Shown one piece after another: positions 26,347-33,911 of a stretch of 34,701 nt of DNA. The notes below the pieces were generated by a model that was not told where the DNA came from, did not search any database, and saw nothing but the letters and a program-made list of their open reading frames with translations. Location of the stretch: IMG/VR virus record IMGVR_UViG_3300037423_001014, positions 1-34,701 of that record. One strand, written 5' to 3'. Every line of letters starts with the position of its first letter. Positions within the stretch are counted from its first letter, which is position 1. The translations under genes were made by a program, and so were the position numbers. The stretch is from a virus (taxonomy: Duplodnaviria; Caudoviricetes).

Positions 26347-26407
26347 TTGCCCAGATCTGGCATTGAGGCCCGTTGCCATCCGGCATCATTGTGTTGCCTC
26401 AGGCAAC
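26347..26407. promoter_or_regulatory. Cluster of TTGCC...GGCA(A/T) operator-like palindromes
   Basis: TTGCC-7-GGCAT (26347), TTGCC-ATCC-GGCAT (26373), GTTGCC-TCA-GGCAAC (26393). Confidence 0.55.
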
Positions 26408-26457
26408 GGGGCGAACCAAAGTGAACGAACAGGGACAGGCTGGGGACTAGAGGAATT

Positions 26458-26598
26458 ATGAGTGGAGAAGAGCTTCAGGCAGCGGCGGGCATCAGCGAGA
26501 CCACGCCTGACCACATGGGGATACGCACGCTGCGGGAGCTTGGCGACATGGCCGCGAGTGTCGGCATGCGCCTCTCCGAGGTGGTCGGCATGTTCTAG
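26458..26598 (+). CDS. 46-aa truncated XRE/Cro paralog (candidate antirepressor/modulator), absent from ORF track
   Basis: MSGEELQAAAGISETTPDHMGIRTLRELGDMAASVGMRLSEVVGMF; shares GISE and TL..LG..A....RLSE with Cro; GAGGA upstream. Confidence 0.65.
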   Translation: MSGEELQAAAGISETTPDHMGIRTLRELGDMAASVGMRLSEVVGMF

Positions 26599-26858
26599 CG
26601 GCTGCCGCCCTCGTCTTCCATTCGGCGCTCGGCCCGCTCCACCAGTTCGCGTGGGGTGAGGCCGAGCGCTTTTGCTATCTCGGCGAAGTCGTCCCACCTG
26701 ATATCCCGCGGGTTCTCGATGTCCAGGTACCGGCTGATCGTCGCGGGGTGAACCCCGATCGCGCGCGCCAGTTCCGCCTGTGACATCTTCGCGACCCCCA
26801 GCTCGGCGCGGATCTGCGCTGCCACAGCGGCTTGGATCTGCTCTCCGTAAGTTGCCAT
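26595..26858 (-). CDS. Immunity repressor (XRE HTH, 87 aa)
   Basis: MSQAELARAIGVHPATISRYL HTH; divergent from Cro; near int. Confidence 0.9.
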   Translation of the reverse strand: MATYGEQIQAAVAAQIRAELGVAKMSQAELARAIGVHPATISRYLDIENPRDIRWDDFAEIAKALGLTPRELVERAERRMEDEGGSR

Positions 26859-26893
26859 ATCGGGATAGTACGTTGCCGTTCCGTGGGTGGCAA
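26859..26893 (-). promoter_or_regulatory. Leaderless repressor promoter
   Basis: Minus strand TTGCCA-17 nt-TACTAT-6 nt-ATG. Confidence 0.75.
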
Positions 26894-26948
26894 GTGGCAT
26901 GCGGCAATAATTAAATTCGGTTTAGTTTCCACATCCTGCGAAATCGGC

Positions 26949-26991
26949 TTGCGTTGCGTGCCGATCTCCGCGCATCATTGCCATATGGCAA
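26949..26991 (+). promoter_or_regulatory. Early lytic (cro) promoter, leaderless, with perfect operator palindrome
   Basis: TTGCGT-18 nt-CATCAT-6 nt-ATG; TTGCCATATGGCAA at 26978-26991 covers the ATG. Confidence 0.7.
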
Positions 26992-27221
26992 CGCAGGGCT
27001 CGGGGAGCGTTACCCCTACCATCAGCACAAACATCAGGCATCTTGCCAAAGCAAAGGGCCTCAGCCTCAAGGGACTCGCGGAGAAGTCTGGGATCTCGGA
27101 GCGCAGCTTCTTCCGCAAGCTCAACGTCAAGCCCGGAAACTTCACGCTCGAAGACCTCGGCGGAATCGCCAAGGGGCTCGAGGTGAGGCTCTCGGAGCTC
27201 ATCGCGGACAAGGCCGCGTGA
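26985..27221 (+). CDS. Cro-like XRE HTH protein
   Basis: LSLKGLAEKSGISERSFFRKL HTH; first gene of the rightward early operon. Confidence 0.88.
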   Translation: MATQGSGSVTPTISTNIRHLAKAKGLSLKGLAEKSGISERSFFRKLNVKPGNFTLEDLGGIAKGLEVRLSELIADKAA

Positions 27222-27222
27222 A

Positions 27223-27477
27223 ATGGATGACAACGACCTGATGACGGTCGCCCAAGTGGCAGAGAAGCTCGGCATGGGCGCCGACTATGTCTACCGCACC
27301 ATCAAGGCCAACAAGCTCCGGGCCACCAAGCTCGGGAACACCTACCGAATCCGCTGGGCCGACTACAAGGCATTCATCACGCCGGCCACCGCACCGACCG
27401 CGGCGCCCAGATCACAGAAGGATCGGATCAAGCAACTCCTGCGCAGCGAGCTCAAATCGCTGCCCGCCGTGCGCTGA
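27223..27477 (+). CDS. Excisionase-like HTH protein
   Basis: LMTVAQVAEKLGM..DYVYR.I....L.A.KLG..YRI motif. Confidence 0.85.
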   Translation: MDDNDLMTVAQVAEKLGMGADYVYRTIKANKLRATKLGNTYRIRWADYKAFITPATAPTAAPRSQKDRIKQLLRSELKSLPAVR

Positions 27478-27557
27478 CAGCGCAGTTCACAGACTCCCGG
27501 CGCGGGTCGTCCGCTTCCCCCAGGCAACGGTCCGCGCCGGGTCATCCCCCGAAGAAA

Positions 27558-27591
27558 CGAAAAGGCCCGGGCCGATTGCAGCGGCCCGGGC
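27558..27591 (-). terminator. Hairpin preceded by A-tract (minus-strand terminator-like)
   Basis: GAAAAG-GCCCGGGCCG-ATTGCAG-CGGCCCGGGC. Confidence 0.55.
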
Positions 27592-27615
27592 GAGAGATCC
27601 CCGAAAGGAAGTCCG

Positions 27616-27948
27616 ATGACCATGCTACCGAGCGTGTCCGACACGCGACAGTCCAGGTCGAATCCGCTGTGGCACGCCCTCCCGGCGCACCAGCGTCCCT
27701 CGAAGTCCTCGGCCCAGCTGATCGAGCTCGCCCGCCGCGCTTGCCTCACGAACCAGCCCCGCCTCGCGATGACGTACCTCGAGGCGGCGGACGTCTCGCG
27801 GGTATTCGAGCGGGTCGAGGCCGCGGCCGAGTGGATCACGATCGTCGAGACCCAGCGCCAGCAGGCCGCGCTCCGCCGCGTCCGCGCCAGGGGCGAGCGG
27901 GTCGGCGCGTTCCTCCGCGCTCTCCTCGGCCTCCCGAAGGAGGGCTGA
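27616..27948 (+). CDS. Hypothetical early protein
   Basis: GAAAGGA RBS; operon context. Confidence 0.75.
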   Translation: MTMLPSVSDTRQSRSNPLWHALPAHQRPSKSSAQLIELARRACLTNQPRLAMTYLEAADVSRVFERVEAAAEWITIVETQRQQAALRRVRARGERVGAFLRALLGLPKEG

Positions 27949-27951
27949 GCG

Positions 27952-28371
27952 ATGGGTCTCGATCTCGTGTGGGAAGAGCCGCCGCCATCAATCGGCAACC
28001 GGGGCCGCGCGGCAGAAATCGACCGCGCCGTGGCAGAGCTCAAGAAGCACCCCGGCCAATGGGCCCGCGTGGAAGAAGCCAAGCAGACCTCAGCGGCGAC
28101 CAAATGGCAGAAGCGCGGATGCGAGACCGCCGTCCGCCGCCCCGACTCCAAGAAGAACGATGTCCTCGTCTACGCCCGCTGGCCCGAGCCGAAGACACCG
28201 GATCCGAAGGAGCTCGCGAAGAAGGCCACGCCCGAGCAGCTCGCCGAGGCCTACGCGAAGAAGCACGGCGCCGCGGTCGCCGGCGTGCCCCGCCAGCAGC
28301 ACCTCACCGAGGAGCAGCAGGTAGACCAGGCATGGCGGGACCGCCTCGGCGGGAAGAAGGCCCCAAGATGA
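27952..28371 (+). CDS. Hypothetical early protein (WEEPPP...LK.HPGQWARV...VYARW)
   Basis: AGGAGG RBS; motif typical of small actinophage proteins. Confidence 0.8.
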   Translation: MGLDLVWEEPPPSIGNRGRAAEIDRAVAELKKHPGQWARVEEAKQTSAATKWQKRGCETAVRRPDSKKNDVLVYARWPEPKTPDPKELAKKATPEQLAEAYAKKHGAAVAGVPRQQHLTEEQQVDQAWRDRLGGKKAPR

Positions 28372-28865
28372 GCACCCCGAAGCGCCTCTTCCTCGACTGC
28401 TGGGACAAGCCCGACCTCCGGCCCGAAGAGTACCGGCACCTCGACGGCACGCCCGGCCCGGTCGTCGCCCTCGCCCCCGCGAGGCTCGCAAACGAGCGCA
28501 AGCGCCGCTCTCTCATGATCGACCGCGTCGTCCGCGACGCCGAGCTCCTCAAGTCCGCAGCGTTCTCCGTCCGCCAGTTCGACCAGACGGGCCACGGTGA
28601 CCTCGCGCTCGACCACCTCACCGCGCTCGCCAACCAGATCCGCGCGTCCGTCGACGCGCTCGTCAACGCCGTCGAAGGGGCCTACGAGGCCCAGGAGCAG
28701 AACGCCCTCGCTGCGCTCGCGGGCAAGGACCCGGGCCCGGTGTCGCAGCCGCTCCCGGAGCCTGAGCCGGTCCACGAGCCCATCCCGGAGGAGCCGGCGA
28801 AGTCCGCGCCTCCCGCGGGCCCCTCGCCGGCGGACCTCGCGCGCATCAAGAAGATGGCGCTCTGA
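28368..28865 (+). CDS. Hypothetical early protein
   Basis: ATGA overlap; MSTPKRLFLDCW start. Confidence 0.75.
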   Translation: MSTPKRLFLDCWDKPDLRPEEYRHLDGTPGPVVALAPARLANERKRRSLMIDRVVRDAELLKSAAFSVRQFDQTGHGDLALDHLTALANQIRASVDALVNAVEGAYEAQEQNALAALAGKDPGPVSQPLPEPEPVHEPIPEEPAKSAPPAGPSPADLARIKKMAL

Positions 28866-29161
28866 TGGCGACCCCGTACCGGATCCGGAAGAACGCCACG
28901 GTCCAGCCCAAGGGGCAGCCGCCCCTGCGCCAGCGTGCCGCGCTCTCGTGGCGGGCTGGGAAGCCGGCCGAGATGGAGAGCCAGCTCGCCGCGTTCTGCC
29001 GCACCATCTGGCCGGGCGCCGTGATCCTGGTAGACCGCTCGCGCAAGCACGTCGAGGCGAACGGCGGCGAGCTCGCTGACGGCTCGATCTTCGTCAACGG
29101 CCGCGAGGTCGCCTACTACTACCTCAACGACCCGGCCCCGGCCGGATCGGGTGGCGTCTGA
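28865..29161 (+). CDS. Hypothetical early protein
   Basis: TGATG coupling at both ends. Confidence 0.75.
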   Translation: MATPYRIRKNATVQPKGQPPLRQRAALSWRAGKPAEMESQLAAFCRTIWPGAVILVDRSRKHVEANGGELADGSIFVNGREVAYYYLNDPAPAGSGGV

Positions 29162-29640
29162 TGCGCGCCCCGTCCCGCGCCGTAGCGCGCCGCCGCCGTC
29201 TCGCCTTCACCTATGTCCCGGCCTTCACGGTCGGAGCCCTCCTCTGTACCGCCGCAGGCCCGTCCCTCAACGGGGGCTGGGCGCTCGGCTCACTCCTCAT
29301 GCTCGCCGCGATCGGCGGCGTCCTCCTCGACTTGGAGCGTCCCAAAATGACCGAACAACCAGCCGAACCCGTCTTCATGTCGTTCGCGCAGATGAAGGCC
29401 CACACGGAAAACCTCGGGCACACCGCACTCGCCGAGCCTGTCTCGGAGCAGGAGTGGCTCGGCAACGACACCCCGCAGGGCGGCGACAACGAGTTCGCCG
29501 AAGCGTTCGCCGCGGCGAGCGACTCCCTCGCTTTGGTCGAAGACGCCATCGCACGCGGCCACCTCGGCACCGCGAAGCACCACGCCCTCAACCTCGTCGG
29601 CCGGATCTCCCGGCTGCAGGCCCTCAGCCGGGAGGCATGA
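29161..29640 (+). CDS. Hypothetical membrane protein (two TM; possible second start at 29347)
   Basis: TGATG coupling; hydrophobic N-half, acidic C-half. Confidence 0.65.
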   Translation: MRAPSRAVARRRRLAFTYVPAFTVGALLCTAAGPSLNGGWALGSLLMLAAIGGVLLDLERPKMTEQPAEPVFMSFAQMKAHTENLGHTALAEPVSEQEWLGNDTPQGGDNEFAEAFAAASDSLALVEDAIARGHLGTAKHHALNLVGRISRLQALSREA

Positions 29641-29646
29641 CAGACG

Positions 29647-31068
29647 ATGACCCGTTTCGAAGAGATCCCGGTCGGCAAGCTCGACCCGCACCCGAAGAAC
29701 GTCCGCAAGGACCTCGGGGAACTCGGCGAGCTCGCGCTCTCCATCCAGGCCAAGGGCATCGAGCAGGCCCTGACCGTCGCCCCGCACCCGACCGCCCGCA
29801 CGAAGTACCTCGTCCTCGGCGGGCACCGCCGCCTCGCCGCCGCGAAGCTCGCCAAGCTCAAGATCGTCCCGTGCATGATCCGCGACGACCTCACCACCGA
29901 GGCAGCCCAGACCGAGTTCATGCTGGTCGAGAACACCCACCGCCGTGACCTCACCGTCCTCGAAGAGGCCGAAGCCGTCCAGGGCCTCCTCGACCTCGGC
30001 CTCGACGAGAAGGCCATCGCCGAGAACATCGGCCGATCCCGCGACCTCGTCCGCAACCGCGCCAAGCTCGCCAAGCTCGACGATAAGGCGAAGGCCAAGC
30101 TCGACGACCGGACCCTCACGATCGAGCAGGCACTGGACCTCGCCGAGTTCGACGGCGACGACTATGCCACCGATCTCCTCCTCGAGCGCGCCAACTACAG
30201 CCCGTGGGCTTGGAAGCACGAGGTCGAGCAGCTGCGCCGCAAGCGCGAGACGCAGGCGCGGATCCCCAAGACCGTCGCTGCGCTCCGCAAGGCCGGGGCC
30301 GAGCTCCTCGACGAGCGCCCGGAACACACGGAGCTCGCCGCGCAGAACCTCACCACGACCCAGAACTGGCGAGCAGCCGAGCACTTCAAGGACTGGACAC
30401 CCGAGCAACACATCACCGCCGGCCACAAGGCACTCGTCGACGAGAAGAGCGACGGCCACGCCGTCTGGATCGCCCCGCGCCCCACCTCATGGGACGAAGA
30501 GGACAGCGAGCCTGAGGAGACCCCGGAGCAGGCCGCGCTGCGCGAGAAGGAAACCGCGATCATCGCGGGCGTCCAGGTCGCCGCCCACGTCCGCCACGAA
30601 TTCCTCAAGAGCGCACTCCTCGACCCAGTGTTCGACGTCGCCGAATGGGCACGCCAGAAGGACATCGACGAGCTCGCCATAGGACTCCAAGGCTTCATGG
30701 CACAAGCCCTCTTCGACCTCGACACCGAAGCCGCCACCGTCAAGAACCTCCGCGCCAAACTCGACACACTCTCGAACGACGCGCTCGCGGTCCTGCGGCA
30801 CATCGTGAAGTTCGGCACCGCGGAGCAGGGCCTCAGCGGAGCCGGGCACGTGTACTACGGCGCGCTCGCGGCATGGGGCCCGTCGACGAGCTACGGCACC
30901 GACTACGGCAAGAAGTGGCGCGACCTGCTCACCGGCGTCTTTGGCTACGAGTTCTCGGACATCGAGAAGGAAGCCATCGCGCACCAGGCGAAGCTCCTCG
31001 AGGAAGCCACAGCTGCCCGCGAGACCGACGAAGACGACGAGGAGTACGACGATGACGATGAAGCGTGA
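29647..31068 (+). CDS. ParB/Srx N-terminal domain protein
   Basis: LDPHPKNVR, LALSIQAKGIEQAL.V, GGHRRLAAA, ENTHRRDL..LEEAEA plus HTH. Confidence 0.92.
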   Translation: MTRFEEIPVGKLDPHPKNVRKDLGELGELALSIQAKGIEQALTVAPHPTARTKYLVLGGHRRLAAAKLAKLKIVPCMIRDDLTTEAAQTEFMLVENTHRRDLTVLEEAEAVQGLLDLGLDEKAIAENIGRSRDLVRNRAKLAKLDDKAKAKLDDRTLTIEQALDLAEFDGDDYATDLLLERANYSPWAWKHEVEQLRRKRETQARIPKTVAALRKAGAELLDERPEHTELAAQNLTTTQNWRAAEHFKDWTPEQHITAGHKALVDEKSDGHAVWIAPRPTSWDEEDSEPEETPEQAALREKETAIIAGVQVAAHVRHEFLKSALLDPVFDVAEWARQKDIDELAIGLQGFMAQALFDLDTEAATVKNLRAKLDTLSNDALAVLRHIVKFGTAEQGLSGAGHVYYGALAAWGPSTSYGTDYGKKWRDLLTGVFGYEFSDIEKEAIAHQAKLLEEATAARETDEDDEEYDDDDEA

Positions 31069-31399
31069 CGACAAGGCCCCGAAGCGGGACAAGAAGCGCC
31101 GGAACCGTAACGGATGCGCCTCTGAGTGGATCTATCTGCCGATGGCTGGGCTGCTCATGCTCGCCTTCGCTGGCGGCTTCTACGGGGCGTCCCTCCCGTC
31201 AGCGGTCTCATGGTTCATCATCGCCGGCCTCGTGGTCGGCGAGCTTGCCCGGCGGCTGCTCGACAAGGCCATTCGGACGGCACACACCTGCGGATATGAG
31301 GCGGCGCAGCGCGACGCCGAGCGAGCGGTGATTGCGGGCCTCAAGGCCCACGGTGTGAAGGTCGTGCGGATCGACGGCGAGGGGGTCGAGCAGCTGTGA
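31058..31399 (+). CDS. Hypothetical membrane protein (two TM)
   Basis: Basic N-terminus, hydrophobic helices; overlaps neighbours. Confidence 0.65.
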   Translation: MKRDDKAPKRDKKRRNRNGCASEWIYLPMAGLLMLAFAGGFYGASLPSAVSWFIIAGLVVGELARRLLDKAIRTAHTCGYEAAQRDAERAVIAGLKAHGVKVVRIDGEGVEQL

Positions 31400-31731
31400 C
31401 GAAGCTCAGCAGCGCCCTCCCGAAGGAGGACACCTACCGGAACGGCCTGACCGCCGCGAACCAGGACCTCATCGCCGAGCCGGGCGAGCCGATCTACGTC
31501 GTGGCGCAGCTCGTCTGCTCGAAGGTCACGAAGGACATGTTCACGGGCGGCGAGGAAGCCACGGCGCTCGTCCAGCACATTGAGGTCGCCAGCAGCGCGG
31601 ACGCCGATCTCGTGCAGCAGATCCTCGAGCGCGAGTACGAGCGCCGCAACCCGCGCCCTGAACCGCTGCCCGGGACCGAGGGCTATGGGCGAGTCACGAC
31701 GGTCGACTTCGGGACGGGAGAGTTGCGATGA
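31396..31731 (+). CDS. Hypothetical early protein (KLSSALPK...NGL)
   Basis: GTGA overlap; GAGGGG RBS. Confidence 0.8.
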   Translation: MTKLSSALPKEDTYRNGLTAANQDLIAEPGEPIYVVAQLVCSKVTKDMFTGGEEATALVQHIEVASSADADLVQQILEREYERRNPRPEPLPGTEGYGRVTTVDFGTGELR

Positions 31732-31964
31732 GCCTCCCCAAGCACGGCCAGCCGTTCTCCGCCAACCACGAGCGTACGTGGCCTCGTGCGGGCGTTCGCC
31801 GCAAGGCCGATGGCTTCTGGGCGTTGACGGTCTGGGCGGCGCCTGACGTCTCGATCGCCTACTACGTGGGCGTCTCGTTCGGCAGCCGCGAGGAGGCCGT
31901 CGACCTCGGCCGGACCATCGCCGGCGCGCATCGCTCCGAGGGCGTGATCGAGGGAGTCTCGTGA
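31728..31964 (+). CDS. Hypothetical early protein
   Basis: ATGA overlap, GGAG RBS. Confidence 0.7.
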   Translation: MSLPKHGQPFSANHERTWPRAGVRRKADGFWALTVWAAPDVSIAYYVGVSFGSREEAVDLGRTIAGAHRSEGVIEGVS

Positions 31965-32215
31965 GCCGCGGCGCCGCTGGCCGCGCTGCCAGCTTCACCG
32001 CCCAGGCCGCACGTCGGCAGGCCAGGATCGAAGACCTCGAATTCCTCCTCGAAACCGGGGAGGCCCCAGCCCGCGCAGCCCTCAGGGCAGGTTGGCCGTC
32101 CCTCGCAGCCGCCGAAGTCGCACTCCGCCGAGAGCAGCACCCCGCATGGACCGTTATCGCCCGAGTGCTGCGTGACCAGCGCTCCCATCGAACCCAGAAG
32201 GACACAGCAGCATGA
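31961..32215 (+). CDS. Hypothetical protein, HTH-like (RIEDLEFLLETGE...A.RAGW)
   Basis: GTGA overlap, GAGGGAG RBS. Confidence 0.7.
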   Translation: MSRGAAGRAASFTAQAARRQARIEDLEFLLETGEAPARAALRAGWPSLAAAEVALRREQHPAWTVIARVLRDQRSHRTQKDTAA

Positions 32216-32322
32216 AGACCACCGCCCCAGCCACCGCCACCGTCCGCGCCGAATACGAACGCTGCCCCTCGTGCGGCGGCGTCATCAACCAGCAAACGGG
32301 CGAGTGCAGGTGCTCGGACTGA
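32212..32322 (+). CDS. 36-aa Cys4 micro-protein
   Basis: MKTTAPATATVRAEYERCPSCGGVINQQTGECRCSD; GAAGGA RBS; coupled at both ends. Confidence 0.7.
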   Translation: MKTTAPATATVRAEYERCPSCGGVINQQTGECRCSD

Positions 32323-32510
32323 TGCTCACCGACGTCGAGCTCGCGCAGTGGCTCGTAGCCGTCCGCCACGACGCGGCAGCGGCGAGCATGGCCGCAGCGA
32401 TCGCCACCGGCGACCAGCAGACCCTCGACCACCTCGCCACCGCCGCGGACCTCAAGAGCCGCCGCGCCGAGTGGCTCGGATCGAAAGTTCACAACGATGA
32501 CCCGCTCTGA
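32322..32510 (+). CDS. Hypothetical protein (62 aa)
   Basis: TGATG coupling. Confidence 0.6.
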   Translation: MLTDVELAQWLVAVRHDAAAASMAAAIATGDQQTLDHLATAADLKSRRAEWLGSKVHNDDPL

Positions 32511-32667
32511 GGCAGAGAAGCTCAGCCGCGAGGAACTCCTCGAAGCCGCCCTGGAACTGGACCGCCGCAACCGCCAAGCCGCCCAACTGCTCGAGGTCGG
32601 ACAAGGCCAAGGACTCATCCCGGTCAGGGAGACCATCAACCTACTCAAAGGACGAAGCCATGCATGA
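32497..32667 (+). CDS. Hypothetical protein (56 aa)
   Basis: MTRSEAEKLSREELLEAALELDRRNR...; overlaps neighbours. Confidence 0.6.
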   Translation: MTRSEAEKLSREELLEAALELDRRNRQAAQLLEVGQGQGLIPVRETINLLKGRSHA

Positions 32668-32779
32668 GATCGAATGGCCCGATGTGCCCAAGCTCGAACG
32701 CGAGCCCTACACGTCCGGCGCAGCTACCCGCCTCGTGACAGACCCCGCCTACCGCGAGGCGACCGAAGAGGCGAAATAA
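32660..32779 (+). CDS. Hypothetical protein (39 aa)
   Basis: AAAGGA RBS; MHEIEWPDVPKLEREPY... Confidence 0.55.
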   Translation: MHEIEWPDVPKLEREPYTSGAATRLVTDPAYREATEEAK

Positions 32780-32786
32780 CGAGACT

Positions 32787-32889
32787 TCCGCGGGGGCGTC
32801 AAACGGCTGACTTTTCGACATGCGTCACCCGAAGGCGGACTGGGCGGCTTATTACGGCGCCTGCAGCGGACGACCTGCGCCCCCGCGGA
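32787..32889 (+). ncRNA. Candidate multi-branched structured RNA
   Basis: 11-bp closing stem TCCGCGGGGGC/GCCCCCGCGGA enclosing several short hairpins in an intergenic gap. Confidence 0.4.
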
Positions 32890-32915
32890 CCAAATCACGA
32901 GACCAGAAGGAAACA

Positions 32916-33581
32916 ATGACAATGACACAGATCAGGAGCTGCGCAGCCGAAGGCAGCCGCACGGTCGATGTGATCGTCCGCATGGACGGCCGCACGAACC
33001 TCAGCATCAACAACGGGTTTTACGCGCTCGGGATTCAGATCCCCACCGAAGCCCTTCTCGCCGCGCTCGGCGCGATTCCGAAGTCCGACGTCGACGTGTG
33101 GAAGACCGGGGCTGAGGCCGCCGAGGCGAAGAGCGCGACCTTTCAGACGATGGCTCGCCAGCTCCAGGAAAAGGTCGATGCCCAGATCGAGCACATCGAA
33201 GATCTCGTAGACCAGATCAAGGTGCTTCACGTCAACAGCGAGAAGTCGCACCAGGAATGGCTCGTGCTGACGGAGAAGCTCGATGCAGTGCGTCGCGTCC
33301 GCGACGTGTTTACGCCCGGAACGACGGGGCGCACACTCCTCGACGAAGCGCTCGCCGAAGGTAAGCCGTTCGAGCTCCCGGTCGACAAGGATTACGGCTC
33401 GATCTTCTGGGCGAAGAACCGGACCGGGACGTGGATCGAGTTCGTGGTGTGCAAGGACTACTCGAGCCCCGGCGATGTGCCTCGCACGGTGTACGCGACG
33501 CGCAGCCACGCCATCTACACCGCGGACGGCATCATGCACTGGTTCCGCGATCACACGAACGAGAAGCCGACCGATGCCTGA
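32916..33581 (+). CDS. Hypothetical protein with central coiled coil
   Basis: GAAGGA RBS before ATG 32916. Confidence 0.75.
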   Translation: MTMTQIRSCAAEGSRTVDVIVRMDGRTNLSINNGFYALGIQIPTEALLAALGAIPKSDVDVWKTGAEAAEAKSATFQTMARQLQEKVDAQIEHIEDLVDQIKVLHVNSEKSHQEWLVLTEKLDAVRRVRDVFTPGTTGRTLLDEALAEGKPFELPVDKDYGSIFWAKNRTGTWIEFVVCKDYSSPGDVPRTVYATRSHAIYTADGIMHWFRDHTNEKPTDA

Positions 33582-33705
33582 GGACTCGCCGATCAAGTGG
33601 GACTCTCCGGACTGCCGGGACGCGAACCACCACAAGTGCTACGGCGGCGCCTGGAACACCGCCGAGGACCGACCCGTGGACTGCCAGTGCAGCTGCCACA
33701 AGTGA
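33574..33705 (+). CDS. 43-aa Cys/His-rich micro-protein
   Basis: MPEDSPIKWDSPDCRDANHHKCYGGAWNTAEDRPVDCQCSCHK; overlaps both neighbours. Confidence 0.7.
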   Translation: MPEDSPIKWDSPDCRDANHHKCYGGAWNTAEDRPVDCQCSCHK

Positions 33706-33911
33706 GTCAGAAGCCCGACCCGTACAGGTGCGCAGTGTGCGGCAAGGACGATTTCCCGGTCATATCGATGGCCCGGCACTGCGAACTGAAGCACAGACGA
33801 GAGGCCGAGAGGCTGGAACAGGAGGAGCGGGCGGATGCCATGGCTGAAGCAGGGCGACGCGGCGGCGAACCACCCGATCGTCCTCTCAGCCCTCGAGCTG
33901 GACGAAGCTGA
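33702..33911 (+). CDS. Small C2H2-like zinc-finger protein
   Basis: GTGA overlap; YRCAVCGK..F...MARHCELKH. Confidence 0.65.
   Translation: MSQKPDPYRCAVCGKDDFPVISMARHCELKHRREAERLEQEERADAMAEAGRRGGEPPDRPLSPRAGRS

Noticed and set aside
26411-26430. LexA/SOS box (CGAAC-N4-GTTCG) upstream of mini-HTH
   Set aside because: CGAACCAAAGTGAA has a poor right half-site; not supportable
26386-26659. ORF-track ORFs 26462-26659 (+) and 26386-26907 (-)
   Set aside because: No protein-like features and they overlap the repressor; the 26458-26598 frame has XRE similarity and fits the gap exactly
29647-31068. parABS plasmid-prophage system
   Set aside because: No ParA ATPase or parS array; the phage has int and attP
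32792-32884. tmRNA or tRNA gene
   Set aside because: Far too short for tmRNA, no TTCRA T-loop, no CCA, no tag ORF; kept only as an unclassified structure
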